Assembly (NCBI GenBank): GCA_018263585.1
Contig: JAANWZ010000044.1
Span: 702-56,955 of the forward strand
Length of the DNA: 56,254 bases
From: Calditrichota bacterium
GTDB taxonomy: Bacteria > Electryoneota > Electryoneia > Electryoneales > Electryoneaceae
Direction of reading: 5' to 3'
Of the stretch, positions 36,781-47,001 are shown piece after piece. The notes beneath the pieces are model-generated. The model was not told the DNA's origin. It saw only the letters and a program-made list of their open reading frames with translations, and did not search any database. The position numbers and the translations under genes were made by a program. Position 1 is the stretch's first letter, and the number at the start of each line of letters is the position of its first letter.

Positions 36781-37087
36781 CTGTGCCCCGCGCCCGCTTG
36801 CAGGCCGGGCTGCATTCGCTGTGAATACACCGTCTGGTCAGCCGCGGTTGCGAGCAACCGCGGGCCTGTTTGGATTAGACCGCACGGCCGGTACTGTTCC
36901 GTGGGATCAGCCGCGCTGACCGCTGCGCCGTCCCCGCGGGCATTGTCCGGCGCACTCCGGGGACGCTTGCCAGCAAGCGTCCCCTTCCCATTCCACCCCT
37001 GTCGAACCTGGACCTTTCCTTCACTGCGTTCAGGATAAACTTCACTTCGCCCGGCAAACCGCCGCCGGGCTGCGTTGAGAATGACGC
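36781..37087. repeat. Mosaic REP cluster (G, F, D, empty target palindrome, family-A right arm with 23-bp insert)
   Basis: Empty target GGGGACGCTTGC-CA-GCAAGCGTCCCC at 36959-36984 and insert at 37017-37039. Confidence 0.85.
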
Positions 37088-37119
37088 GGTGTCCGCCTGT
37101 CCGCATGTAGTTTGTTCCA

Positions 37120-39816
37120 CTATTCGCCGGTGCCGACTTCGATCTCGCGCTCGACCTCGACGATCCGGTAGCACTGCAGCGTGTCGCCGAGCTTGATATC
37201 GTTGTAGTTGGCGATCTTGATCCCGCACTCGTAGCCCTGCGCGACGTGCTTCACGTCATCCTTGAACCGCTTGAGCGTATCGATCTTGCCCTGGTAGAGC
37301 TCGGTGCCGTCGCGCAGCAGCCGCACCTTGTCGTCGCGGCCGATCTTCCCCTCGGTGACATAGCAGCCGGCGATCGTGCCGATCCGGCTGATCTTGAACG
37401 TGTTGCGCACTTCCGCGTAGCCGGTGACCTCCTCGGCGGTCTCCGCCTTGTGCATCCCGATGATGATGCCCTTCACGTCCTCGATCAGCTCGTAGATGAC
37501 GCGATACGTGTCGACGGTGACTTCGTGCAACTGCGCCATCTCGCGGGCTTTCTGGGTCGGGTGCACGTTGAACCCGATGATCATCGCGTTCGACGCGCTC
37601 GCGAGCAGGATGTCGGACTCGGACATCGGGCCGACGCCGCGGTGGATGATCTTGACCTCGACCTCCTCCGTGGTCAGCCGCATCAGGCTGTCGGCGATCG
37701 CCTCCACCGAGCCGTCCACGTCGCCCTTGATGATCAGGTTAAGCTCTGCCTTTTCCTGGCCCTCGACGAACGTGAGCAGCCTGTCCCGACCGGAGACGCC
37801 CTCGCGCATCCGCATCTCCTGCTCACGGAGCTGCTGCTGGCGTTTTGTCGCGATCTCGCGCGCCTCGCGTTCGTCCTTGAACACGATCAACTGGTCGCCG
37901 ACGTGCGGCGCGCCTTCGAAGCCTGTGATCAGGGCAGGCTGGCCGGGCAGCACCTGCTCGCGCTTCCGGCCGCGCTCGTCGAACATCGCGCGCACGCGAC
38001 CGAAATACGGCCCGGTGACGAACACATCGCCGATCCGCAGCGTCCCCTTCTGCACGAGCACCGTGCACACCGTGCCGCGCCCCTTCTCGAGCCGCGATTC
38101 GATCACGTAGCCGCGGGCGGTCGTCTCGCGCGGCGCTTTCAGCTCGAGCATCTCCGCCGCGATCAGGATATTGTCGAGCAGTTCGTCGATGTTCTCGCCC
38201 TGCTTCGCGGACACTTCGGACGCCTGCACATCGCCGCCCCAATCCTCGACGAGCACGCCGTGGTCGGCGAGCTGCTGGCGCACCTTTTCCGCGTTCGCGC
38301 CCGGCTTGTCCATCTTGTTGATCGCGACGACGATCGGCACTTCCGCCGCCTTCGCGTGATCGATCGCCTCGATCGTCTGCGGCATCACCTGGTCGTCCGC
38401 GGCGACGACGAGCACGACGATGTCGGTCACCTGCGCGCCGCGCGCGCGCATCGCGGTGAACGCCTCGTGGCCCGGCGTGTCGAGGAACGTGATCTTCTGC
38501 TCGTTGTGGTCGATCTCGTACGCGCCGATGTGCTGCGTGATCCCGCCGGCCTCGCCCTCCGCGACGCGTGTGTGGCGGATGTGGTCGAGCAGCGTCGTCT
38601 TCCCGTGATCGACGTGCCCCATCACCGTGACCACCGGCGGGCGCGGGAGCAGCTCGCCCTCGTCCTCGTCCTCCTCCTCGGACTCGGCGATCATCTCCTG
38701 TTGCTGCATGTCATCGACGAATTCGACGTGATAGCCGTGCTCCTCCGCGAGCAACTGGATCGTGTCGCGCTCGAGGCGCTGGTTGATCGTGACGCGCAGG
38801 CCGAGCATCAGGCACTCCTTGATCAGCTCGCTGACCTGCACATCCATCAGGTTCGCCAATTCCTGCGTCGAGATGAACTCGGTGATCCGGAGCAGGTTCT
38901 GGTCCTCATCGACGATCCCGACTTCCGGGCGCACCTTGCGCTTGCGTTTCTTCCTGCCGCCGCCGGACTCCATCGCGGCGAGCGTCTGCCTGAGCTGCGC
39001 CTCCACCTCGGCGGCGTCCGGCTTCTTTTTCTTTTCCTTCTTGCGGCGGCGTTTCTTCGGCGCGGCAGCGTCGCCGGCGGTGACATGACCGCCGCCGGTC
39101 CGCTTCTCTGCCACATCACGGGTGGGCTTGCGGCGGCGCTTGCGCCGCGTACGGCGCTCCTCCTCGTCCTCCGCGACTTTCGGCTTCTTCTCCCGCTTCG
39201 GTTTGATCGGGACGTCCGCGTCCTGCGGCGGAGCGGGCGGGGGTGTGAGCGAGAGGATGTCCTCGTTGCTCACGCCGCCGCGCACGGAAGGTGTTGAACG
39301 ATCCGCCGGCTTCTTCGCCCGCCTCCGTTCGCCCGCATCCGCCTCTTCGTCGGCACGGCTTCCGTCCGCACCAGGACGGACGGGCGGGGCCTTTTCCTCC
39401 CCGGCTCGTTCGCGCTCGGCCGCCCGGCTGTCCTCGTCACCCGCTTCCGGCTCCTGCTCCACGGACGCGCGCCTGAACTCGCCCGGATCGTGACGGCGCA
39501 CGGAGGGTGTCTCCCGGGTCTTCGCACCCGAGGAACTGGTCTCGAGGATCTTCTGGAGCTCCGCCTCGCGCGCCTTCTGCGCCTCTTCCGCCTTACGCTG
39601 CGACTCTTCGTGCGCGGCCTCTTCCTGGAGCTCGTGCCAGCGATCCGGGTCAAACTTCTGCAGCAACAGCCCGTACATGTCATCATCCACGGGCGTCATC
39701 TGCTTCTTGGTCACCTCGAACCCGTTCGCCTTCAGCTCCTCGATCAGGGTATCCGTCGCGAGCTTCAGCTCCTTGGCGACCTGAAACAGCTTCCTCTTTT
39801 TCGCGCCTGCAGCCAA
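37120..39816 (-). CDS. infB: Translation initiation factor IF-2
   Basis: [47 protein letters not shown] start at 39816 follows GGAG; an alternative lies at 39852. Confidence 0.97.
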   Translation of the reverse strand: MAAGAKKRKLFQVAKELKLATDTLIEELKANGFEVTKKQMTPVDDDMYGLLLQKFDPDRWHELQEEAAHEESQRKAEEAQKAREAELQKILETSSSGAKTRETPSVRRHDPGEFRRASVEQEPEAGDEDSRAAERERAGEEKAPPVRPGADGSRADEEADAGERRRAKKPADRSTPSVRGGVSNEDILSLTPPPAPPQDADVPIKPKREKKPKVAEDEEERRTRRKRRRKPTRDVAEKRTGGGHVTAGDAAAPKKRRRKKEKKKKPDAAEVEAQLRQTLAAMESGGGRKKRKRKVRPEVGIVDEDQNLLRITEFISTQELANLMDVQVSELIKECLMLGLRVTINQRLERDTIQLLAEEHGYHVEFVDDMQQQEMIAESEEEDEDEGELLPRPPVVTVMGHVDHGKTTLLDHIRHTRVAEGEAGGITQHIGAYEIDHNEQKITFLDTPGHEAFTAMRARGAQVTDIVVLVVAADDQVMPQTIEAIDHAKAAEVPIVVAINKMDKPGANAEKVRQQLADHGVLVEDWGGDVQASEVSAKQGENIDELLDNILIAAEMLELKAPRETTARGYVIESRLEKGRGTVCTVLVQKGTLRIGDVFVTGPYFGRVRAMFDERGRKREQVLPGQPALITGFEGAPHVGDQLIVFKDEREAREIATKRQQQLREQEMRMREGVSGRDRLLTFVEGQEKAELNLIIKGDVDGSVEAIADSLMRLTTEEVEVKIIHRGVGPMSESDILLASASNAMIIGFNVHPTQKAREMAQLHEVTVDTYRVIYELIEDVKGIIIGMHKAETAEEVTGYAEVRNTFKISRIGTIAGCYVTEGKIGRDDKVRLLRDGTELYQGKIDTLKRFKDDVKHVAQGYECGIKIANYNDIKLGDTLQCYRIVEVEREIEVGTGE

Positions 39817-39987
39817 ACTGGTACTCCGTGTGCTTGCAGAAGACGAAGACAACTCGTGCGCCGTCCGGTTGCTCCCGCCGGCAATCGTCCCGCTGTTCGG
39901 GCTACAACGTGTTCTCCCGCACCGCCCGCCGTCAACCGCGACCGACTCCGTGTGCCGCGCTCGAGACAGGCGAGTTTACCGCGGCTC

Positions 39988-41217
39988 TCATTCTTCGAAA
40001 TACGTTTCCAGCACTTCGAGCAGTGAGCGCGCCTGTTCCTCGTCCATCCCGTCGAGCTGAATCAGCCCTTCGACCCCGGCGTCCATCACCTCGTCGGCGG
40101 TGTTCAACCCGGCCGCCGACAGCAGCGCGAGCGTCTCCGGCGTCAACTCCTCGACCTCGCTGAGCGGGAGCTCCTCGATGTAGTACTCCGACTCCTTGAT
40201 CGGATCGATCTGGTGGCCTGTGATTTCGCTCGCGAGCCGGATGTTCTGCCCGCGCCGGCCGATCGCCATCGACATCTGGTCGTCCGGCACGACAACAGTC
40301 ACCTGCGGCGCCGTCTCGTGGAACAGGATCTCGAGCGGAATCACCGGTTGCAGGCTGCGCCGCACCATCAGCTCGCGGTCGGACGTGTACTCGATGATGT
40401 CGATCTTCTCGTTGTTCAACTCGCGCACGATCGCCTGGATGCGCACGCCTTTCATCCCGACACAGGCGCCGACCGGATCGACGCGCGGGTCGTTCGACGT
40501 GACCGCGATCTTCGTGCGGTCGCCGGCCTCGCGCGCGATCTTCCTGATCTCGACGATCCCGTCGTAGATCTCCGGCACCTCGAGCTCGAACAGCCGGCGC
40601 ACGAACAGCTCGCTGCGCCGGGAGACGATGATCTGCGGCTCGCGGCTCGTCTCGCGCACCTCGAGGATAATCGCCTTGATCGACTGACCACGCCGCCAGC
40701 GTTCGCTGTAGATCTGCTCCGGCTGCGGCATGATCACTTCCGTCTTGTCCACGTTGATCCGGATCTCGCGCCGGTTCGCCTGGTGCACGTCGCCGATCAC
40801 GATCTCCCCGATCCGGCCGCTGAACTCATCGTACAGGTTCTGCTTCTCGATCTCCTTGATCTTCTGGATCAGGTTCTGCTTCGTCGAGAGCACGAGCCGG
40901 CGGCCGAACGAGTTGTAGTCGATCACCTCGACGAACTCGTCGCCGACCTCGATGTCCGGGTCGGTTTCCCGCGCCTTGCTCAGCTTGATCTCAAGCGCCT
41001 CTTCCTCCACCTCGCCGTCCGGCACGACCTCCTTCTCCGCGTAGATCTCGATGTCACCCTTTTCCAGGTTGAAGATCACGGAGAAGTTTTCGCTCGTGCC
41101 GTACCGTTTCTCGATCGCCTTGAGGAACACCGACTCGATGATCTCCTGGAACGTATCCCGGTCGATGTTCTTCTCGCGGATGATCTGCGAGATGGCGTCA
41201 ACGACTTCCTGGTTCAT
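39988..41217 (-). CDS. nusA: Transcription termination/antitermination factor NusA
   Basis: FGR, LFELEVPEI, REAGDRTKIAV, DPVGACVGMKGVRI, AIGRRGQNIRLA. Confidence 0.98.
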   Translation of the reverse strand: MNQEVVDAISQIIREKNIDRDTFQEIIESVFLKAIEKRYGTSENFSVIFNLEKGDIEIYAEKEVVPDGEVEEEALEIKLSKARETDPDIEVGDEFVEVIDYNSFGRRLVLSTKQNLIQKIKEIEKQNLYDEFSGRIGEIVIGDVHQANRREIRINVDKTEVIMPQPEQIYSERWRRGQSIKAIILEVRETSREPQIIVSRRSELFVRRLFELEVPEIYDGIVEIRKIAREAGDRTKIAVTSNDPRVDPVGACVGMKGVRIQAIVRELNNEKIDIIEYTSDRELMVRRSLQPVIPLEILFHETAPQVTVVVPDDQMSMAIGRRGQNIRLASEITGHQIDPIKESEYYIEELPLSEVEELTPETLALLSAAGLNTADEVMDAGVEGLIQLDGMDEEQARSLLEVLETYFEE

Positions 41218-41230
41218 CTCTTCCGTTCCT

Positions 41231-41737
41231 TCACCACGGGAGCTTGACCCGCGCGCGCCGGACCCGTTCGATCGGCACGACGCGGCCGTTGTCGAACGTG
41301 AGCCGCCCGCCGCTCACGTCCGTGAGTTCTGCGTCGAACGACTCCGGCTGCTCCGCGGTCGCGCGTCCCCGCTGTTTCTCCTCGCCGGTCGCGGGCTGCT
41401 GTTCGCCGGCGCCCTGTTCCGGGGCGACTTCGACCACCAGCCTGCGGCCGATGTTCTTCGCATACTCCCACTCGTACACGAGCGGATGGCGCACGCCGGG
41501 CGATGTCACATCCAGTGAATACCTGCGCGGGACGTGCTCGTCCATGTCGAGCACGTCCTCGAACCGGCGGGAGAGTGCGCTGATCTCATCGACTCCGATC
41601 GGCCGGTGACGGTGGTCGATCACGACGACAAACGCGGCCCGGGCCTTTCCACTCATGAGCTTGACGTCGAGAAGTTCCAGTTCGCTCCCGGCCAGCACCG
41701 GCCGCAGCAGCGACTCGACCTTCTCCACGGTCAACAT
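41231..41737 (-). CDS. rimP: Ribosome maturation factor RimP
   Basis: YSLDVTSPGVRHPL, first gene of the nusA-infB operon, GGAG RBS. Confidence 0.92.
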   Translation of the reverse strand: MLTVEKVESLLRPVLAGSELELLDVKLMSGKARAAFVVVIDHRHRPIGVDEISALSRRFEDVLDMDEHVPRRYSLDVTSPGVRHPLVYEWEYAKNIGRRLVVEVAPEQGAGEQQPATGEEKQRGRATAEQPESFDAELTDVSGGRLTFDNGRVVPIERVRRARVKLPW

Positions 41738-41753
41738 CTCCGCACCTCCACGC

Positions 41754-41781
41754 AAACAAAAGAGTGGGCTCTCGCCCACTC
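41754..41781 (-). promoter_or_regulatory. rimP leader hairpin / attenuator-type terminator
   Basis: Minus strand GAGTGGGC-GAGA-GCCCACTC-TTTTGTTT: a GNRA-loop hairpin plus U tract directly upstream of rimP, the known position of the rimP leader. Confidence 0.75.
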
Positions 41782-41796
41782 CTAGTCAGACGAATC

Positions 41797-41825
41797 AATA
41801 TACCTCACAAACCGGGCCGGTTCAA
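41797..41825 (-). promoter_or_regulatory. Sigma70 promoter of the rimP-nusA-infB operon
   Basis: Minus strand TTGAAC-17 nt-TATATT. Confidence 0.65.
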
Positions 41826-42520
41826 GGCATACCCAACCGGTCCGCCTCGACCTGCAAGCGAGCCATCTCCTCCTCGGCGCGCGTGCGCTGGTCGCCGAAC
41901 TCCTGCTCGTCGAGCACTGTCTGGAACGCGTCGCGCGCCTCTTCCGGCTGATCAGCGAGCCGCCACGCGCGTCCCTCCGCGAGCAGCGCGTACAGGCGGT
42001 AATGCGACGCGTCCTCCCGGTTCGCGAGCGTTTCGTACGTCTCGGCCGCCTCGTCGAACCGGCCCGCGTTCTCGTACGCCGTCGCGAGCCCGCCGTGCGC
42101 GCCCGCCGCGAGCATGTACGCGCTGTCGTATTCGCGGATGAACCGCTGGAACAGCTCGATCGCGCGCGCGGTCGAGTCCTGGTTCAACGACATCTCCGCC
42201 GCGGTGAACAGCGCCTCCATCGCGCCGGAAGTGCCCTCGTAGTCGTCCGCGACACGCATCAGCGGCGGGACCACGTCCTCCGCCTGCGTGTCCTGGATCT
42301 GCTTCTGCGCCTCCGCGAACGCCTGCCGGGACTCGATTTGCGCCTCGTCGCGCATGTTCCGCAACAGCACGCCCGCGACCACGACCACGATCACCACGAT
42401 CACCGCGATCGCGAGCTTGTTCCCGTGCTCGCTCAACCACAGTTGCGTCTCCGCGATCGCGTTCATCAGCGGATCTTCACGCAACTCCTTCTTTTTCACT
42501 CGTTTCTGTTTTCTCGCCAT
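41822..42520 (-). CDS. Membrane-anchored tetratricopeptide-repeat protein (YfgM-like)
   Basis: Basic N-terminus with ELREDP, a single TM, then TPR-like helices. Confidence 0.85.
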   Translation of the reverse strand: MARKQKRVKKKELREDPLMNAIAETQLWLSEHGNKLAIAVIVVIVVVVAGVLLRNMRDEAQIESRQAFAEAQKQIQDTQAEDVVPPLMRVADDYEGTSGAMEALFTAAEMSLNQDSTARAIELFQRFIREYDSAYMLAAGAHGGLATAYENAGRFDEAAETYETLANREDASHYRLYALLAEGRAWRLADQPEEARDAFQTVLDEQEFGDQRTRAEEEMARLQVEADRLGMP

Positions 42521-42751
42521 CTCCCACCGCTCGCGTGTTCAATGCATCTCATCGTCGCCGCCGACGAGCCGTTGAATGTAAGGCGCTCCCCCCGGCGGCA
42601 CAAACCCGGCCGCTGCGAACGAACTCCGGCGTTCCGGGCGCCGCAGTTGCGCGTGCATGTTCGCGGACCCCACATTCACGCGTTGTTCGAATCGGAAGTT
42701 CCTGCAACGTGGCTCTTGACCCGTGTGTAGAGACGAGGTTAGCTTCTCCGC

Positions 42752-43156
42752 ATGATGAGAATGAAACCGATCTCCCTGATCGCGCTCGCGGTGCTGCTCG
42801 CGGTGCCGGTGGCGTACGCCGCCGTGCAGTATCGCTCATTCACGCTCGAGGCGCCGCACGGCCAGGTGATCATCGAGTGGATCACCGAGCAGGAGTCCGG
42901 CTGCACCTCGTTCGCCGTCGAACGGAGCACGGACGGCGTCGAGTTCTTCGAGATCGCGACGTTCACCCCGCACGGAGCCGGCGAACCGTACCGCTACATC
43001 GACTCCGACGTGTTCAAGCAGACGAACCGCACGTTCCGCTACCGGATCCGCGGCGACATCGGCGAGCAGCACGTGTATTCGCAGACGAAGAGCATCTCGA
43101 TCTCGATCAACACCGTGCAACAGACGTGGGGCTCGCTGAAAGCGCTGTTCCGGTAG
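42752..43156 (+). CDS. Small secreted Fn3/Ig-like protein with C-terminal TWGSLKALFR motif
   Basis: Signal peptide and the pattern SF..V.IEW.T.QE....F.VERSTDG..F..Y.YID...YRI. The start may be ATG 42761. Confidence 0.85.
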   Translation: MMRMKPISLIALAVLLAVPVAYAAVQYRSFTLEAPHGQVIIEWITEQESGCTSFAVERSTDGVEFFEIATFTPHGAGEPYRYIDSDVFKQTNRTFRYRIRGDIGEQHVYSQTKSISISINTVQQTWGSLKALFR

Positions 43157-43192
43157 TCGTCGCGACGGGTTTGTCAGTTCGACCATTTTCCC

Positions 43193-43216
43193 CGCCGGTT
43201 CGCCCGGCGTTTTTTT
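43193..43216 (+). terminator. Intrinsic terminator
   Basis: cgccgg-ttcgc-ccggcg followed by T7. Confidence 0.75.
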
Positions 43217-43298
43217 GTGCGGCTCTGCGTGCTCGTGCCGGTCCCGGGCGCGTTCCGTGCCCATCTCACGGCCCGGGCCTCCCGCTCGTCGTGTAACC

Positions 43299-43474
43299 TC
43301 TTGATTATCCTTGACTAAAGTCAAGGGCAGGGGTATGAACGGCTCATCCACCGGTCGAATTAACCCTGCGACATCCCGCATTCGCTGCGCTACGGCTGGC
43401 TGTCACAGGGGCACGGGCGAGATGAGACCCGAGGCTGAAGCCCCGGGCCACCAGCCGGCGACCCCGGGCTACTT
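43299..43474. repeat. Mosaic REP cluster (B, E, C)
   Basis: ttatccttgactaaagtcaagggc; ccctgcgacatc...ctgtcacaggggcac; gagacccgaggctgaagccccgggccac. Confidence 0.85.
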
Positions 43475-43574
43475 CTGGCCCCCCAGCTCGCCCGATCTGT
43501 CCCGGCCTGTTGATCCGCGCGCATTTTTTCGTAGATTTGTCTCTTGCAGTGATCGACGAGGGCGGGGCACGGCT

Positions 43575-44660
43575 GTGCCGGACACGCTGATTTCACGCCG
43601 GAAGAGCGAACACCTGCGGGTTGTCGCCGAGCAGGATGTGACGCACAGCGGGAGCACGTTGCTCGAGGACGTGCGTCTGTTTCACGAGGCGCTGCCCGAG
43701 CTCGATTACGACGAACTCCGTCTTTCGACCCCGTTCTTCGGCAGGACGTTGCGGCTGCCGTTCATGATCACGAGCATGACCGGCGGCGCGGAGTACGCGG
43801 ACCGTCTCAACCACGGGCTCGCGCGTGTCGCTGAGCGGACCGGGATCGCGTTCGCGGTCGGTTCGCAACGTGTGATGTTGAACCACCCGGAGCTCGCTGC
43901 GCAGTTCGTGGTCCGCGAGCAGATCCCGACCGGCGTGCTGCTCGGCAACATCGGCGCGGTGCAGTTGATCGAGACGCCTGTCGATACGGTCGCCGGGCTC
44001 GCGAACGCGATCGACGCGGACGGGATCTGCGTGCACCTGAACCCCGCGCAGGAGCTGGTCCAGCTCGCGGGCGACCGCACATTCCGCGGTCTGATCGACG
44101 GGATTTCGCGCTTGCACGAGCGGATGGACGGGCGCGTGCTTGTCAAGGAGACCGGCGGCGGGCTGTCTCCGCAGGCGCTGGAACGTCTGCGCGCGATCGG
44201 CGTGAAGGTTGTGGACGTCGCCGGTGCGGGCGGCACGTCGTGGACGAAGGTCGAGAGCCACCGTGAGGCGAACCGGCAGTTGCAGCGCTCGGGGCGCGTG
44301 TTCGCGGAGTGGGGCGTGCCGACGGCGTTCAGCGTGTATGCGGCGCGCGAGGTTCTCGGTCGCGACGCGACGGTTGTCGCCTCCGGGGGAATCCGATCCG
44401 GTCTCGACGCGGCGCGCGCGATCGCGCTCGGCGCGGACATCGCCGGGTTTGCCCACCCCGTTCTGCTCTCGTTCCTCGACGGCGGCGAGGATTCCGCCGT
44501 ACAATTCATCGAAACTCTGGCCCACGAGTTGAAGATGGCGATGCTGCTCACCGGAACCGCCGACGTTTCGGCGCTGAAGCGGGCGCCGCGCGTGATCGAA
44601 GGTCGCCTCAGGCGCCTGATCGACGCACACCCGTGGCACGTGGAGAAGGATCGTGGTTGA
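43575..44660 (+). CDS. fni: Type 2 (FMN-dependent) isopentenyl-diphosphate isomerase
   Basis: RRKSEHL, HEALPE, SMTGG, VGSQR, NIGAVQ, HLNPAQE, VKETG, GAGGTSW, ASGGIRSG. GTG start at 43575. Confidence 0.95.
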   Translation: MPDTLISRRKSEHLRVVAEQDVTHSGSTLLEDVRLFHEALPELDYDELRLSTPFFGRTLRLPFMITSMTGGAEYADRLNHGLARVAERTGIAFAVGSQRVMLNHPELAAQFVVREQIPTGVLLGNIGAVQLIETPVDTVAGLANAIDADGICVHLNPAQELVQLAGDRTFRGLIDGISRLHERMDGRVLVKETGGGLSPQALERLRAIGVKVVDVAGAGGTSWTKVESHREANRQLQRSGRVFAEWGVPTAFSVYAAREVLGRDATVVASGGIRSGLDAARAIALGADIAGFAHPVLLSFLDGGEDSAVQFIETLAHELKMAMLLTGTADVSALKRAPRVIEGRLRRLIDAHPWHVEKDRG

Positions 44661-47001
44661 CAACAGTGAGCTGTTTCGCGGCGGCCGCAACGGGATCACC
44701 CGCCCGGCGGCACCGTCACGGCCGGTCGCGCAGAAGCAGGAATCCGTATCGTCGCGCATTCCCGGGTTCTACCGTCTCCCGGTGGAGCGCCGGCTCGCGT
44801 TTCTCCAGCGCAGTTTCGGGCTGAGTGACAAGCAGATCGGTGCGCTGCGCGAGGGCCGCACGCTGCGCATCGAGCACGCGGTGAACATGGTGGAGAACGC
44901 GATCGGCGTGCATGGGATGCCGCTCGGGGTCGCGCTCAACTTCCTCGTCGATCGCCGCGACTACCTCGTGCCGATGGCGATCGAGGAGGCGTCGATCATC
45001 GCGGCCGCGTCGAAGGCGGCGCTCACGATCCGCAAGGGCGGCGGGTTCACCACCGAGGTCGATGACCCGGTGATGATCGGGCAGGTGCAGGTGCTCGAGC
45101 TCGCCGACGCGGACGCGGCGCGGGAAAAGGTGCTGCGCGAAAAGCATGCGATCCTGCGGCAGGCGAACCTCGTGAGCCCGAAGATGGTCGCGCGCGGCGG
45201 CGGTGCGATCGATATCGAGGCGCGCGTCGTGGACGGCGGCGGCGACACCGGCCGGATGCTGATCGTGCACCTGCTCATCGACGTACGCGAGGCGATGGGC
45301 GCGAACCATGTGAACACGTCGTGCGAAGCGGTCGGGCCGCTGATCGAGCGGATCAGTGGCGGCCGGGTTCACCTGCGCATTCTCTCGAACTTCGCCGACC
45401 GCCGGCTCGCGCGCGCAACGTTTTCGCTGCCGTTTGCACAGCTCGCGTCCGACGGATTCACCGGGGAGGATGTCGCGCGGCGGATGGTTGACGCGTACCG
45501 GATGGCGTGGGCGGACGCGTACCGCGCGACGACTCACAACAAGGGGATCTTCAACGGGATCGGGGCGGCGGCGATGGCGCTCGGGCAGGACTGGCGGGCG
45601 ATCGACGCCGGCGGGCACGCGTGGGCTGCGCGCGACGGCCACTACCGCAGCCTCACCCGTTACTGGATCGAGGACGGCGCGCTGCACGGTTCGATCGAAC
45701 TGCCGATGCAGGTCGGCGCGGTCGGCGGCGCGCTCAACAGCCACCCCGGCGTGCGCCTGCTCCGTGAAGTCGCCGGCGTTTCCAGCGCGCGCGAAATCGC
45801 CGGCCTGTTCGCCGCCGTCGGACTCGCGCAGAACTTCGCAGCGTGCAACGCGCTGAGCACGGTCGGGATCCAGGAGGGGCACATGGCGCTGCACGCGCGT
45901 TCTGTCGCGATCAGCGTCGGCGTCCCGCCCGACAAGGTCGAGCAGGTCGCGCAGGAGATGATCGGCCGCGGGCAGGTGAAGGTGGCCGTCGCAGAGGAGA
46001 TCTTCAACCGTATCCTCCAGCACGAGCGCGAGATGGACACGGAATCGCAGGACGGGTTGCCGATCGACGCGTGGGCGCCGGGCAAGGTCGTGCTGTTCGG
46101 GGAGCACGCGACGGTTTACAACTACCCGGGGATCACGTGCGCGATCAACGTCGGGCTCCGGATCCGTGTCACCCGCGACGCGGACGGCCCGCGCTTCGTG
46201 AGCCCGCGGTTCAACCAGCCGTTCGGCGCGCCGGAGTCGGACCGCGACATCCGCATGTTCACGCGCGCCGTCGATCAGGCGCTCGACATCTACGCGCTCC
46301 AGCGCGACCCGATCGCGGTCGAGATCGATTCCGACCTCGTGCCGGGGATGGGGCTCGGATCGTCGGCGGCGTTCTCGGCGGCGCTCTGTTCCGCGTTGCG
46401 CACGTACCGCGACGGGAGCGGCGAGATCAGCCTCGCGCGCGACCTGTTCGACGACGTGCAGCGTCTCGAGAGCATCTTCCACGGCCACCCGAGCGGGATG
46501 GACGCGGCGACGGTGATCTCCGACGGCGTGCTCTGGTTCCGCAAGGGACCGCCGCGCGAAATCGTGCCGATCCACATGCCGCACCCGATGTACGGCCTGA
46601 TCTGCTTCGTCTCGCCGGGCGCGCGCACGATCGACATGGTGCGCAACGTGACGCAGAGCCGTGACCTCAACCCGAAACGCGTGGACAGCCTGCTCGAACA
46701 GATCGGCGAGCTGACGAGCGACGCGGGGATCGCGCTCGGCACCGGCGACAACCGCGAGGTCGGCCGGCTCATGCTGCGCAACCACGAGCTGCTCGCGCGC
46801 CTCGGTGTGTCCACGCGCGAGCTCGACAACGCGATCGAATTTCTGATGGAACGCGGCGTGCTCGGCGCGAAACTGACCGGCAGCGGCGGCGGCGGAGCCG
46901 TGATCGCGATCGTCCGCCCCGAGGACCAGGATACGCTCGTGCACGAGCTCGCCGACCGGTTCGCGCGCGTGTATCCGTTCACCGTGAGGTCGAGGGAATG
47001 A
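44653..47001 (+). CDS. Fusion of class II HMG-CoA reductase (N-terminal) and mevalonate kinase (C-terminal)
   Basis: HMGR motifs ENAIG, PMAIEE.S, EAMGAN, RILSN, THNKGIFNG, GIQEGHM.LH. GHMP kinase motifs APGKVVLFGEH, PGMGLGSSAA, HGHPSGMD, KLTGSGGGG. One uninterrupted frame. Confidence 0.93.
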   Translation: MVDNSELFRGGRNGITRPAAPSRPVAQKQESVSSRIPGFYRLPVERRLAFLQRSFGLSDKQIGALREGRTLRIEHAVNMVENAIGVHGMPLGVALNFLVDRRDYLVPMAIEEASIIAAASKAALTIRKGGGFTTEVDDPVMIGQVQVLELADADAAREKVLREKHAILRQANLVSPKMVARGGGAIDIEARVVDGGGDTGRMLIVHLLIDVREAMGANHVNTSCEAVGPLIERISGGRVHLRILSNFADRRLARATFSLPFAQLASDGFTGEDVARRMVDAYRMAWADAYRATTHNKGIFNGIGAAAMALGQDWRAIDAGGHAWAARDGHYRSLTRYWIEDGALHGSIELPMQVGAVGGALNSHPGVRLLREVAGVSSAREIAGLFAAVGLAQNFAACNALSTVGIQEGHMALHARSVAISVGVPPDKVEQVAQEMIGRGQVKVAVAEEIFNRILQHEREMDTESQDGLPIDAWAPGKVVLFGEHATVYNYPGITCAINVGLRIRVTRDADGPRFVSPRFNQPFGAPESDRDIRMFTRAVDQALDIYALQRDPIAVEIDSDLVPGMGLGSSAAFSAALCSALRTYRDGSGEISLARDLFDDVQRLESIFHGHPSGMDAATVISDGVLWFRKGPPREIVPIHMPHPMYGLICFVSPGARTIDMVRNVTQSRDLNPKRVDSLLEQIGELTSDAGIALGTGDNREVGRLMLRNHELLARLGVSTRELDNAIEFLMERGVLGAKLTGSGGGGAVIAIVRPEDQDTLVHELADRFARVYPFTVRSRE

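Noticed and set aside
41395-41410. AGEQQ segment in RimP sharing 15 nt with the FKBP tandem repeat
   Set aside because: Too short and low-complexity; likely coincidence in GC-rich linkers.
43311-43574. N-terminal extension of fni (MTKVKGRG...) and similar ORFs at 10173-10508 and 26914-27300
   Set aside because: These starts come from the family-B palindrome, and the extensions translate repeat DNA.
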